Shown in pieces: positions 36,250 through 48,986 of a stretch of 64,000 nucleotides of DNA. Each line of letters starts with the position of its first letter. Position 1 is the first letter of the stretch. This DNA comes from Octopus sinensis (lineage: Eukaryota), in the NCBI RefSeq assembly GCF_006345805.1, contig NC_043000.1, positions 66,836,001 through 66,900,000 on the forward strand, written 5' to 3'. The translations under genes and the position numbers were made by a program. The notes under the pieces were generated by a model that was not told where the DNA came from, did not search any database, and worked only from the letters and a program-made list of their open reading frames with translations.

Positions 36250-37932
36250 GTTTTTCTTATTTGGCACACAGGCCATGACACAGAGGGGGACGGCACAAGG
36301 ACAGATAGAACACCACAGTGGGGGCAAAAACAAAAAGAATGAATGGGAGATGGATAATAATTAAATGAGGATGTAATGGCTGCTTGAGCCCCACTCTCAA
36401 GCAGTACCATTTAACTGTTTTAATACAAAGTTTTTTTTATATCATTTTTTCCTCTTTTTTCCCTTTTAGTATCGTATGCGTAGTCTTTAAAATTTTAAAA
36501 GCTTACTTGCGCTTTACCATTTTATATATGGCAACAAGTCGCCCTAATCTATAACTGGTGGTAGGTCGTCAAACTCTACCCTCACTCCCATTGGATCTAT
36601 TTTGTTTCCAAATCATTTCTTCAATTTCTCATATCTTTCTTTGTCTATAGCTATGGCTTTTGTACTTTCTGGGTAATGTTTCGTTGGTAATTTGACTCTT
36701 ATTACCGATTTAAATTTAGTGATTTTTCCTTCTATATCTGTGATTTTTTTGTATATGTTACCATATGGCATTTGTTTTTTCCGGGTCTTTTGACTGTTCG
36801 TTCTTGCGGTGTAATTGGGTTGTCTGTGATAGTTTCCTTTTCTTTTTCCTTCGTTGTTGATGCTGGTAGAGGTTCATGTAGTGGAAAATGTGTACAGTCT
36901 ATTTCACTCTCCTTCTTTTTGTTTATTGGACTCTTCGGAGGTGAGTTCACTAGTTTTTTCCTTTTTCTTTTGGTTACTTCCGTAAATGGTTCGTCCATTT
37001 CTTTTGTGCATTTTTCATTTTCTAGGTCCGCCACTTCGGCATTCTGCTCCTGTTGGCTTTCCTCGTTTATATTTTCTATCTGGGGATACTTTCCTCTAAT
37101 ATGTCCTTTTTCGCCGCATTGATAGCAAGTTGGTGGCCTTCCTTCTACGACCACTCTCAACCTTATGTCCTCCAGCAGTATTATTTCTTCAGCAATTTCA
37201 TTTAGATCTTGTTGTCCGACCTGAATGACCATTTCTAGTCTGTATCCCCTTCAATTTACCTTCTTTGTCCTTGTCATCTTTAGAATTTTGACGTCTTCCT
37301 CAGTTTTGTGCATTACGGCTGCCACTAGCCACGCTTCTTTGATTTCTGGTGGCACTCTACCTATTCTCACTATGGCGATCTTTTTGTTGTAGTTGATAGG
37401 TAGGAGTACCCATTTTTCCCTTTCAATGTCACAGTGGAGTGATTTATTGCCTCCTGTTCGTTGTCAAATTTTACCTCCACTGTGCCATATTCTCTTCCTC
37501 TTGTATAGAATGTTGTCAGCTGCTTAATTTCCTTAAGACATTCTTCAATTGCTTCTTCCGTAGCTATCTCTATTTCTCTATTTTATTTGTGGTTGTAGAT
37601 AGTGTTCTGTACACCACTGTTTTTTCTTGGTACTTGTCACTTTTTCTGGAGGGATCAGTTTAAAACTGGATCCCTCCTTCTGAATCAGCATTTAGCTTCC
37701 TTTGTTCAATTTTAATTTCTCGCATTTCTAGCGAATCTGCACCTTTCCCAGCTGCTGAAGCATAGCACACTCCATTTTCCTTTTTACAGTTACTTCGCCC
37801 CAAAATGGGGAAGAAGACAAACACAAAATTTAACCGGCTCGCAGACAAAAACAGCAACGGTATTTAACAAATTAAACAAAGACTTACGTCAACAGAAATC
37901 AAAAGTGATTTAACACTAACAAAATTGGGTCG
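36250..37932 (-). mobile_element. ORF1-only non-LTR element, unit A (HAL1-like, Tx1-related)
   Basis: Decayed single ORF (YASAAGKG..LEMREIKIE, YGTVEVKF, RVVVEGRPPTCYQCGEKGHIRGK). 3' UTR CCCACTGTGGTGTTCT..GTCATGGCC..TGCCAAATAAGAAAAA. No endonuclease or RT sequence. Confidence 0.75.
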
Positions 37933-39480
37933 GTGACTGTAATTCTTTTTATTTGGCATCTAGGCCATGACAAAGAGAGGACAGCACAAGGACAGACAGA
38001 ACACCACAGTGGGGACAAAAAACCTCTCCTTGGGCAACTTAACCCCTTTAACGGATTTAAGCTTGGTTATCACTCTTTCGGTATATATGCTCTTAGCATA
38101 TGTCACGAAATTCCAGCTATATTTTCTTTGTCTTCTTGCTTGTTTGTCATGTTCCACTCTTGGCGCCACCTCCTCCATTCTGGTTAGTGTCACTGTTTCT
38201 TCTCTTTGCTGGCCTAAAAGTTCTCTAGTATGCTTGCTTCTATCTCCTCCTCCTCTTCCATAACCTTCCTCTAAACCGCCTTTCCTACCTCTTTCTCAAC
38301 CTCATTTTCAATGACTTTCTTTTCAGCCACTTTTACGACTTCCTTCCCCACCTTTTTCTGCTTCTATTTTCTTTTTCTGTCTCTCCGGTATAGAGCCCAT
38401 TCTTTCTTTCTTTTTTCGTTTTTTCACCACTTCAAATTCCTCCTCTATTCCTGTTGTCTTCTCATCCTCCTGGACCACGTAGTTCACCTTCTCCTGTTCC
38501 TCAGACTGCTCTATTTGTTGCTCTTTCTCTTCTCTCTGGAGGCACCTCGCCTTCATGTGGTCTTTCTCGTCACACAAGTAGCATATGGGAGGCCTGCTAT
38601 TCATCACCACTCTCAATCGCATATCTTCTGGTAATATTATTTCTTCTGGAATCTTATTCATGTCACTCACATTTGTCTGCACTGCCATCTCGATTCTGTA
38701 TCACCATCAGTTCACTCTTTTCGTTCTCGTAACTCTGAGGATTTTCGCATCCTCCTCCATGTTGTACATTATTGCAGCAACCAACCGTGTTTCATCGAAC
38801 TCTGGTAGCACTTTTCCCACCCTTACTCTGACAACTCGCTTGCCACAGTATGTTGGTAGGAGTACCCACTCTTCTGTCTTTATGGCATAAGTAAAGTGCT
38901 TTATCGTTTCTTCTTCGCTTGCGAATCGCACCTCCACTGTGCCATATCTTCTTCCACTTGTTATAAACATGGTGGTCTTTTTTACTTCTTTTAAACACTT
39001 CTTGATGTCTTCTATCGTAGCTATTTCTATTTTCCTTGTCAATACCTTCAGTATTTTGTATATCACTGTCCTTTTTTTTAAACTCCCTTTGTTAAGTCAA
39101 CTGGACATCAATTTAAGGTTGTGGCCCTCCTTTTCCAATAGCTTGCTGCTTTCTTTCAGCTTTCTTGGCTCAATTTTAACTTCTCGAACTTCCAAAGTTT
39201 CTACTTCTTTTCCTTTGCCAGTTGCAGCCGCATAACTGTGGCTATTTGCTGGTCCAGTTTCACTTCGTCTCTCCGGCTCTCCCGTAAATGGGAAGAAAAA
39301 CACAATTCAATAAACACTCGTTATTAAAACAGCAATTTCAACAAGTAACAAACGTGATACATCCACGTGGGGAGACCTTTAACAATTACAACAATATCAC
39401 ACTTACTTCAACGGAATCGTAAAGATTTCAAAAACACACACTGCCACAACCAAAATATTGGGTCTGTGCATGACACTGCT
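37933..39480 (-). mobile_element. ORF1-only non-LTR element, unit B (HAL1-like, Tx1-related)
   Basis: YAAATGKG..LEVREVKIE, YGTVEVRF, RVVMNSRPPICYLCDEKDHMKARC (CX2CX4HX4C). Same 3' UTR, ending TGCCAAATAAAAA, directly joined to the 5' end of unit A. Confidence 0.78.
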
Positions 39481-39759
39481 TGCTGTAACTGTCCATTATT
39501 TATCAGTAGTAGAACAGTCCACTTCTCACTTGGGTGAGTCCGCTTACAACATTACTTTAATGCTTTAACATAAATGCGAACCATTTTTCACTCCGCGACG
39601 ATGTATTAATGTACGCACAAAGTGTGATAGTATCAACTGCACTGCAGAAACAGATGTCACATAAATTTCATAGTGGACACCCGGGAATGCCTAGATTGAA
39701 AGCTTTGGTGAGGAGTAATGTTTATACACGGTTATAGTGTAAAAAAAAAGTATCGTCAT

Positions 39760-40015
39760 AGCAATAGACAATACAACAAAGTGTAAAATCACAAGGCATT
39801 ATTGGCCCCCTTGATATAGTAGAATGCTCTTGCCCAAGATGCTGCGCAGTGGGACTGAACTCAGCATCATTTGGAAGCAGGATTCTTAGCCACATAATCA
39901 CGCTGAATGTATACATACGCACGCATGAACGAACGCACTAACGAACGCTCGCACGCATGCACGAACGCACGAACGCACGAATGCGCTTACGCACGCACGC
40001 ACACAAGCGCGTGTG
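39760..40015 (-). mobile_element. SINE head fragment plus (ACGA/ACGC)n repeat
   Basis: Same head family as 19968-20338. The tetranucleotide repeat at ~39915-40010 is directly visible. Confidence 0.7.
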
Positions 40016-40066
40016 CGACTGCAGCATCTGAAAGCGAAAATTACTGTTTCCCGCAATACACACACA

Positions 40067-40960
40067 CATTGGGCCAACCCATAAATAATGCGGTTTTCTT
40101 AAACTTTTTATTTTTCAAAATTAAGATAAAGTTCTCTTTTTAATCTAAAATATACTCTCCTTCGTTTTCTACAATGCTCTTCTATCTATCTGGTAGACTT
40201 GGAAGGCCACTCTTACAAAAATTCACTTGTCCGTGACAAAAAGTACTCCTCCATTACTGTTCTGACCTCGTCTACAGAATTCATATTTTTTCCGTCCAAA
40301 TGATTTTGAAGATTGCGGAATAAATGATAATCAGACGGGGCAATGTCTGGTGAATATGGAGGAATGTGGTGGGGCATCGTTTCCTATTCAAACTGCTCCA
40401 GCCTTTGGAATGTTATCCTCGCTGTATGTGGTCGAGCATTATCCTAATGGAAGAGCACTTTTTATCTTGAAACCAAAGATGGTCGTTTTTCTTCTAGTGC
40501 TGACTTAAGCCGTCCAGGCTGCTCGCAGTAGATCTCCTTAGTTATCATTTGGTTTGGGTTTAAAAGTTCAAAGTGGACTAAGCCTTCCATATCCCACCAA
40601 ACAGATAACATACACATATTTTTCATACACACTTCTCCAGAAGCTTTTCGTCACCGTGCAACACACCAGGAGCCCGTTTATCGTGCTAAGGGACATAACT
40701 TAATCCTTGCTCGGTTCATTTCGTCGTCTTTTACATAGCAACCATAAACCTGATGTATCTTTTCCTCGCCAACAATAGAGGGTAGTCGCTGTATTTTCTT
40801 CCATAGCTGCGATCTCCGAAGAGCGCAGATTTACATAATCGGGTTGTTATCTAACACTCCGTTGAATCTCTAGTGGGAAAACGATTGGTAGGATCGACCG
40901 TAATGTATTTATAATTCTGTGCACTTCGATTAGTATATCCACTCCATTGACAAATATACG
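40067..40960 (-). mobile_element. Decayed mariner element
   Basis: TIR-like TTGGGCCAACCCATAAATAATGCGGTTTT. Minus strand encodes an H.PYSPDIAP.DYHLF-like motif and the FY..G...L..RW..I.E terminus. Confidence 0.75.
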
Positions 40961-41009
40961 AATGCATATTTTTTATGACTTATGGATTCTTAGACGGATA
41001 TTATATATA

Positions 41010-41568
41010 TGTAACGATAAAGTTTTTAATAGGAGTCAAGGGTCACCAGCTGTTGCGGTTGAGATTGATTAGTAAACAATATCATGAGATGTCGGTGTCA
41101 GCAGTTGTAACGATAAAAATTTGTGGTTATAATTGCATACTGTAGGATGTGAAAGATTAACAATGCATAAAGTTTTACGAAAGTATTTATTTACTGTTAC
41201 GTTACAAAACCTTGCCTCGACGGGCAGGTTAATGATAAATCCAAAAGCATGCGAAGTAAAGTTTGTGTTTGTGTTCCTCTTCATTGTTTAGTAGTAATTG
41301 CGGAGAGAGTAGAATGATGTTGTAAGAGAACAGAATTAGAGTTAGTGAGAGTTGTAGGGTGTGGGACGTCATCTCACAGTTGCTGACAGTAAACTTCATT
41401 TCCATCTCTGACCAAGGTTGTAGCTAGTCAGCCAGATTTCGTTGTCATTGAGTCGTCACCATGTGACTGAACTCGTTTAGTCGTCAGCGACTGTGACTAA
41501 CTGATTTTTGCTTGGGGGTGTGCTTGCTTATATAACTATCCAGAAGGATAGATATATCATTAAGAACA
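41010..41568 (-). mobile_element. Possible solo LTR
   Basis: TGT...ACA ends, TATATAA and AATAAA on the minus strand, flanks ATATA/ATAGA (4 of 5 match). Confidence 0.4.
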
Positions 41569-41996
41569 ATAGATTTAGTTGGTGGTCTTGTTATCTCTAT
41601 TCTAGCTTTTGGTGAAGTAGAAGAGGTTAGAAAGGGTCAAGTGGTGAAGACATTATTTCGGCCTAGCTAAAGGCATCTGGAAAATGTAAAACTGCTGTCA
41701 GAGAAAAACCATTGTTCCACCGTGGGAACAGTTCTGTTGCAGTGTTAATTTAAATTTGGCTTTGGTGGATCAAATCCACTTCATGCTTGCAAGATCCACT
41801 ACATATATATTAAGCTGTCTGGAAAGTTCTGAGTGTTTTTAGACTAAATCTTTTAAGGCTTCATTGAACACACCTGAAACATAATACAGTTAAAATTTTG
41901 GCGTTGCTTGCAGTGGTAATGCATTTCTTCTTTGTTCCTGACTAAAAATAGATTTCTCTTTCATTCCGGTTACCCTTTATTGATATTTGAAATGAA

Positions 41997-42803
41997 GGAT
42001 CTTTTCGGTTTGAACGGCAGTTTTTAACATAATTTCTAGGTAACTAAAAAAATTTTTAACTTCGTATACTGGTAGAATGTGTTTATAAAACATCATTTTC
42101 TCTTGGCCTCCTTGAGAAAATTCGATAGTTTGTAACATACTTCGTCTTTAATTTCTTGCATTTCGGCAATTTTAACCAATCACTGGCGTCCATTGTGGTA
42201 AACAACATTCTGTGCCGCATGAATATGTCCCTCCTTTAAGAAACAGATTGGTTTTATTTACATTTGTGAAGAAAAAAGATACCCTTCCCCCACCCCTAAC
42301 CCTAACCCTAACCCTAACTAAACCTAAATCTAAAATATATTGAAATGCAATAGATCGATACTCGGATCATAATTATGGGTGACAATTTAATATGACACCG
42401 CTAGAGAAATTGGCAGTTTTTCGAGCGCTGTCATATGAAATTGTCACCCATAATTATGACCCAAGTATCGATCTATTGCATTTCAATCTATTTTACATTT
42501 AGGGTTAGTTAGGGTTAGGGGTGGGGGAAGGGTATCTTTTTTCTTCACAAATGTAAATAAACCCAATCTGTTTCTTAAAGGAGGGACATATTCATGTGGC
42601 ACAGAATGTTGTTTACCACAATGGACGCCAGTGATTGGTTAAAATTGCCGAAATGCAAGAAATTAAAGACGAAATTTGTTACAAACTATAGAATTTTCTC
42701 AAGAAAGCCAAGAGAAAATGATGTTTTATAAACACATTCTACCAGTATACGAAGTTTAAAATTTTTTAGTTACCTAGAAATTATGTTAAAACCGAAAAGA
42801 TCC
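41997..42803. mobile_element. 807-bp foldback (palindromic) DNA element with internal telomeric repeats
   Basis: Arms of ~380-400 bp, termini GGATCTTTTCGGTT / AACCGAAAAGATCC, TSD GAAATGAA at 41989-41996 and 42804-42811. Confidence 0.93.
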
Positions 42804-42806
42804 GAA

Positions 42807-43833
42807 ATGAATAACCAAAAATTTCATATTCACGTTGTAATGCATTTTCTTTTATAAAAAGAGAGAAAATGCTGAAAAGGCTTGCAAAAACATTTTGGAA
42901 GTTTATGGTGATGAAGCTGTAGGTGAATCAACTGTTTGAAGGTGATTTGCAAAATTTAAAGCTGGAGTTTAGCTTGAAAAATGACAGTCGCAGTGGAAGA
43001 CCTTCAAAATTGGATGAAGATGTTTTGAAGGTAAAAATCGAAGAAAACTCAAATATCATAATTAGAGAACTTGCAGAGGAGTTGAAAGTTTCTAAAAGTA
43101 CTGTTCATGAACAATTTGTGAAGATAGGATACATTTCTCGCTATAATATATGGGCCCTCACAAACTTTCAAAAAAGAATTGCTTAGGCCGGGATTCCATT
43201 TGTGATATGCTTTTGAAATGGTATGAAAGCATGCCTTTTTTTAAAGCAACTTGTGACTGGAGATGACAAATGGATGGTGTACGAAAACGTAGTGTGAAAA
43301 ACATCCTGGAGTTCGCGTAAGGATCCCCCAAAGCAGTAACCAAAGACGAATATCCATGCCAAAAAAGCTATGCTTTGTGTTTGGTGGGATCATAAAGGCA
43401 TTATTTGTTATGAGCTTCTCCCACAAAACCAGACCATTAATTTTGATGTATACTGACGTCAGCTGGCTAATTTGAACCAAAAGACCAAAGAATTGAGGCC
43501 GGAGATTGCCAACAGGAAAGGGGTAGTTTTCTAACAAGATAATGTCTGACAACATGCGTCTTTGGTGACTCTAACAAAGTTACACGATCTTGGCTGGGAT
43601 CTCTTACTCCATCCACCATATTCTCCTGATATTGCGTCATCCGACTACGACTTGTTTTGGTCTCTACAGAACTCATTGCAAGGAAAACATTGAACGATTT
43701 AGATGGAGTCAAAATGCACCTAGATAACTTTTTCCCTTCAAAACCAGTCAGATTTTATGTTGATGGAATATTTAAATTGCCTGATAGATGGGCAAAGGTC
43801 ATTAATAATAACAGAAATTATTCCAATGAATAA
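42807..43833 (+). pseudogene. mariner transposase pseudogene (Hsmar1/SETMAR-type DD34D)
   Basis: RSGRPS, VTGDDKWMVY, LCVWWD..GII.YELL, QDN and HPPYSPDIASSDY. Multiple stops and frameshifts. Confidence 0.93.
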
Positions 43834-45627
43834 AATTTATTGAAAGGTCAATTATTTATATCCCTTTTTGCATATTAAAAAAACGATCAGAACTTTCCGG
43901 ACAGCCTAATATGTGTGTGTGTATACTCACATACATCTGTTTGTATGAGTATGTTTATGCGCCATGCACCCATATAAGAGGTCCTCTCAAGGTAAATAAC
44001 ACAGTATCCGGTATTCTGATACAACAGCCACGTTAAGTTGGATATAAAGATAGCTTTTTGGTTTTGATACTGCTTTTGTCGCTTCGAAAATCAAGGCTAT
44101 TCGTCAGAAATAGCTAAATTCGCCCTGTTTATTAGCTCTGTTAAGTCTACTATACAGGTTACATATATTACATCAAATCTTGATATGGTGTGGACTGAGA
44201 TCCCCGTTGACATGTCCCTGATGTTAAATAAAGTATTAACATTACGGTATGCAAATTAGTTGCCTCAATATCTTGTGGTTACTGAAATTTTAGAGGTATA
44301 TAAACAAATTGGCAGTTTGTTTCTCTGAGAGGAGTTAAACTGATGTAGTCGCCTCTGATGAGAATCCAATAAGATTCGGAAATCGATTAAAGTTGTTTAT
44401 AATGTTTTCAGTCTATGGGAAAGTAGCTAAAGTAGCCCTGTTTATAAATCTACTCTCCTTCTCTCTCTCTATCTATCTAAGCAGACACACTCATACACAC
44501 ATATATTCACGCGCACACACACACACGCACACACATTTACTGATTTCTGTATCTTTTGCGTGTTCCCTCAAACCCATACATACGTATATACATACACATG
44601 GATAGGCAGACATATAGAAAAAAAAATGAAGCTTCTTCCCCACCACATACACATTTTGAGACTCTAATCCATACATTTAAGAGTTTGCTTTGTTTCTTCA
44701 TCTTCTTCATTTTGTTTGATTTGGTGCCCTGGTAACATTGACATCAAAGGTGTGATCGATTTCTTCTTTTCCTTTTCCTTTCCTTTCTTTTTAATCGATC
44801 AACAATTATTTAAACGTATATGTCCTGTTCAAGTTATATCATATTTCAATATCCAAGGACTATTTTACAAGCTGAAACTTGCTAAATGGTATCTCCATCC
44901 AGTCGATTGTAGAAACATCTTTAGCTGCTGGATCGGTATTTGTAATATTCATTTGTGACACAATACAGTGTTTGTTGTTGGCGAGCGAACCTGTGTATTT
45001 TAATCGTCTTCGTGAATTATGCACCTCAAATCTTTGGTCTGAACCTTATTTTAAATCTTTAAACCGCGAGAAAACTGGCAGTTAACAATGTCTTATGCTG
45101 CATATCTGTTGGTTTTCCTATCATTTGGATTCAATTTTGTTGAGCCGCTTGGTAAGTTTTTAATATTTTAACGTTTGCTGGGATTGGGTGGTTTCTTTTT
45201 CTTCCATATTCTTCAATGTGGTGAATGTTGCTTAATTTATTATGTTTTGCTAATAATGTACACACGCGCACGCGCACACACAATCATACTTATATATGTG
45301 CGCAAAACATGGAAGTTACAGTGCGAGGAGGTAACAATTTGCCAGTGTTTTGTTTTTAACGAAGGAAAAATAATACGTTTTAACTAATTTTTTTCTCAAC
45401 ATAAAATTATATTTTAAACGCAGTAAAATTCAAACATCTTCACCATCAAGTGTTTTAACTCGAGCTTCGAAAACAACAAATGGTTACTTTATCTGTAGCT
45501 TTCTTATTAAATTAGAATTTGAACACACCACACTTAATTCAGTATTAAAAAAAAATCCTAATCAGTAAGGAGGGACTGAAATTTTTCTATATTACTAATA
45601 CTATATGTATATCTATATGTATATATA

Positions 45628-46288
45628 TGATGGACTCCCCTGTCGGTTTCGACATATGAAGATCCAACAACCTATACGTCCTTCGTTAGTCATAACGTTT
45701 ATGTCAAATGTGACATTTGAGTCCTACCAGCGATTTGTAAAGAAACCCGCAGATATTGCAAGTATGAAAATTACCGGTCAGTACAGGAAGGTATATTTGA
45801 AACTGCTTTTCTCCTTTGCTTTGCACTCCTAAACATGTTAATGCTAGTTGAAACAAAGCCTCTTATACCATTTTGACCGACGATCTCCATTTTGTTCGAT
45901 CTAAGGCTGTTTGCTCAAAGGTGTTGTGAGCTATATTGACTGCTAAGAGGTTACTTTTCAGCTTCTCCGGAGGGCTTCTTTTCTTTCTCCAAATTGTGGT
46001 GGTCATTGCAATCTTGTCTGCAAGACGCGGCTGAAAACGCTAATTGATCTGGGGTGTACAACCCATTATTCACTCCTCCCCCATCTTCTGCTGCTTAAAC
46101 CCCAACCTTTTTCTTTGCTTCTTTGGTGAGGTAGTTATGGGTTTTTTTTCTCGGTAACTCGACCATTTATACTTTTAATTATTTTTCTCTTTCTTTTCTT
46201 CCTGTAAAAACATGTTGATAATAAACTTTCCTCTATTGTGAACTAAACAAAACTAAAAATAAAATCGCTCTGTGTGAGCACTGCTACA
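45628..46288 (+). mobile_element. Possible solo LTR
   Basis: TG...CA ends between TA-rich flanks, higher GC than the surroundings, AATAAA near the 3' end. TSD only 3 of 4. Confidence 0.3.
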
Positions 46289-46758
46289 TACATTAAATAA
46301 CATATACGAACTCATCTTGAGGTTTGTTAAACAGACCTCAACTTTATAGAATAACTCAGGAATATAGATAATTGTCTCTACGATCCCATATCATTAGTAT
46401 AATCCACCAATACCAATATCTAGAAGATTACAGGCCTTGGCTTTGTCACAGAATTCTCTAATGGGTATGGTACTTGTTGCGCTAAGTTTGACAATTTGTT
46501 ATGGAAATTGTTACTTAAGGACTTGGTGTCACTGCAAAGCCAACGTTTGCAGAAATTATGCGGCATGACTCGGCTTCTAGCGCTTCAGTAGTGACTGAGA
46601 ACAACAAGAGTGAATGAGGAAGAAAAAAAGTATACATCGATCCATATGTATTTTCTTCTTCTACAGTGCAAAGGGACACTCCTCACCTACATTCTGAAAA
46701 ATACTTTTTAGGTCTACCTACCACTTAGATATTCAGTTAATAGCTGGATAATAAGAGT

Positions 46759-46761
<3 letters not shown>

Positions 46762-46851
<90 letters not shown>
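46762..46851 (+). repeat. (GA)n microsatellite
   Basis: Directly visible. Confidence 0.97.
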
Positions 46852-46854
<3 letters not shown>

Positions 46855-47579
46855 GGGAGAGAGAAAGCAATCTAGTTTCAATTTGGTATTATAAATTACA
46901 GTTGTTCTTATCGACAGATTCATAAAATTCCTGTGCCTGTGTTGTCCTTTTAGCTGAGATACTGAAATAGTTGCACATATTGAGCACAATTCTCTCAATC
47001 TCATGTTCCATCTTTCCTGTAGCAAATCCTGTTGAACTATATACTAAATACTACTTATATAATTTGCAGCAATAATGTTAATTTGAGCTGCTTTCAATTT
47101 TTGAGAAACATTGTTGCGTCTACATTTGCATTATCAACAGTGTATACAGACATCAGAGACATCAGGGTCGGTCTAAAGAGATCCAGACCTGATATTTCTA
47201 ATTCATTTAATGGCTGATTTGTTATTTTCTCTTGTTATTACCGTAAAAAAACCAAGCTACACATAGTGCACTCCTTTTTCAAAATGAAAGTATCGCTGAA
47301 GCATTTAGAAATAATTTGCGACGCCTTTGTTTGAAGCATCAGTTTCTACTGAAAAGAGTAAGCCACCCTCTTTGATATACCCTACATGCTTTTGTGAAGA
47401 ATATGGTGCTAGAATATGATCACATAAAACTGTCATTTTAGTTTTCCTCGGTGAGCTTTTCTCTGTCAATAAGATACTGTATATTTCTTTGTCAATAATC
47501 TATATTTCTGTATAATTTGTGATGCGTCACAGCATGTTAAATATTACAGTTTTGCATAAAAAAATGTTGTCATCTTAAG

Positions 47580-48500
47580 TTGATGGAACTGGGGAGAAAA
47601 ATGTGAATGATAACATTCCAACAATGCAAATGTTAACTTATATTTATGTGGAGACGAGGGGCCTACCACAGCGACATCTCAGTCCCCCACAAACATTGTC
47701 TCCCATTCTGAGTGCAATGGAGATGCGGAGCTCATCCAGAGTGAGTAGACCACTAATGTTGGCCACAGGCAGGACATCAATCCAGTCCCCCAAGAATTTC
47801 GCACTTGCAGAAAATAGGTGACACCTTGAAAATTAATTAGATTGGTCAAAGAGGGAGTTGAAAATGACACCTGAGCGTAGATTGTCCCATACTCTCTGCT
47901 TCCGTCTATCCTCAGATGTATCAGGAAACTTAATCATTAAGTGGGCTCTGGTTCGGGTTAATATCCCATCAGTTCTGGAGCCGGCGGGATTATCTAGAAC
48001 TGATGGGAAGAGACCAGATGGTCTTACCCTTTGTACCTGGGTAAGAGGTAGGTGCCTTATCTGGGACACCATTGTCTGTGACTCCTTTGCTCCCTCCAAC
48101 ATCCTGGATGCTGCAGTAAATGGGAGGGTTACTGCTTCCATAGCCGAATGAAACAAAATCCTGAAGTATCGGGATCTGTCAGTGAACTATTTCTTCCAGT
48201 CTGTGGCGTTTGAGACATTTAGAGAGGCTCGGCCACAAGCAACGAAGCTCCTATCATCGTTGACGGATCGCCTTACTGAGGTGTCACCCGTGTGGGTGCT
48301 TGACTGTGTCAACGCCTCACAATCGCCCGTGGTAATTCGCAAGCGTGCTGGCTTGCTTCACTAGGTTCCGTTGAACCTTGTGTACGACCAATTCAGGCAC
48401 TTGGTGTTGAATTGATGTTTTTACTCTTTTCTTTCTTCCTCTCTTTCTTTTTTTCTTCTTTTGTCCTCTTTCTTTCTTCCTTCGCTCATGTTTGTGTTTT
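47580..48500 (+). mobile_element. CRE-clade non-LTR retrotransposon 3' fragment (restriction-like endonuclease)
   Basis: IIKWALVRVNIPSVLEPAGLSRTDGKRPDGLTL..W..GRCLIWD.IV.DSFAPS ... K..KY..L...Y.F..VAFET (PD-(D/E)xK RLE). T-rich tail. Confidence 0.82.
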
Positions 48501-48986
48501 CTTCGGTTTTGGATTTGTATTTTTAATGTAGTATTGTATTATATATGTATCGTATACATACGTATTGTATTCCAATAAAAAAATTACCACGTCATTCAAC
48601 TGTACTTTTTTCCTTTCTGTTTTTAGCAATAATTCCAAAAGCGTTGGTCAATTGATAAAGTGTAATCTTTGTTTTCAGCATCTCCTTGTGGTGGGGGTCA
48701 TGAAACAGCAAAATAATAATCAATCATTCTCCACTGAGACAACAGGCAAACTTTCCTCTCATTTGGCTTGACAACATGAATTGTAGAATGGGGAGAGGTA
48801 GCGAGTTGCGGTATTTTGTTAAAAAACAAATTGACATAACATACCATCACACTTTAACTCATTTTGCTTTTTATAAAACTACGTTTACCTCATTTTGGTT
48901 TTATATATAAAGGCAGCAAAATCCAACTATTTGCACCTTCAAACATTTTAATCAACTCGGGTAAGATCCTCATTGTTTTATGTATA

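Larger units (their letters stand above)
41810..43909 (+). mobile_element. Full-length mariner (DD34D) element interrupted by a foldback element
   Basis: TIRs TA|TTAAGCTGTCTGGAAAGTTCTGA and TCAGAACTTTCCGGACAGCCTAA|TA. Confidence 0.93.
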
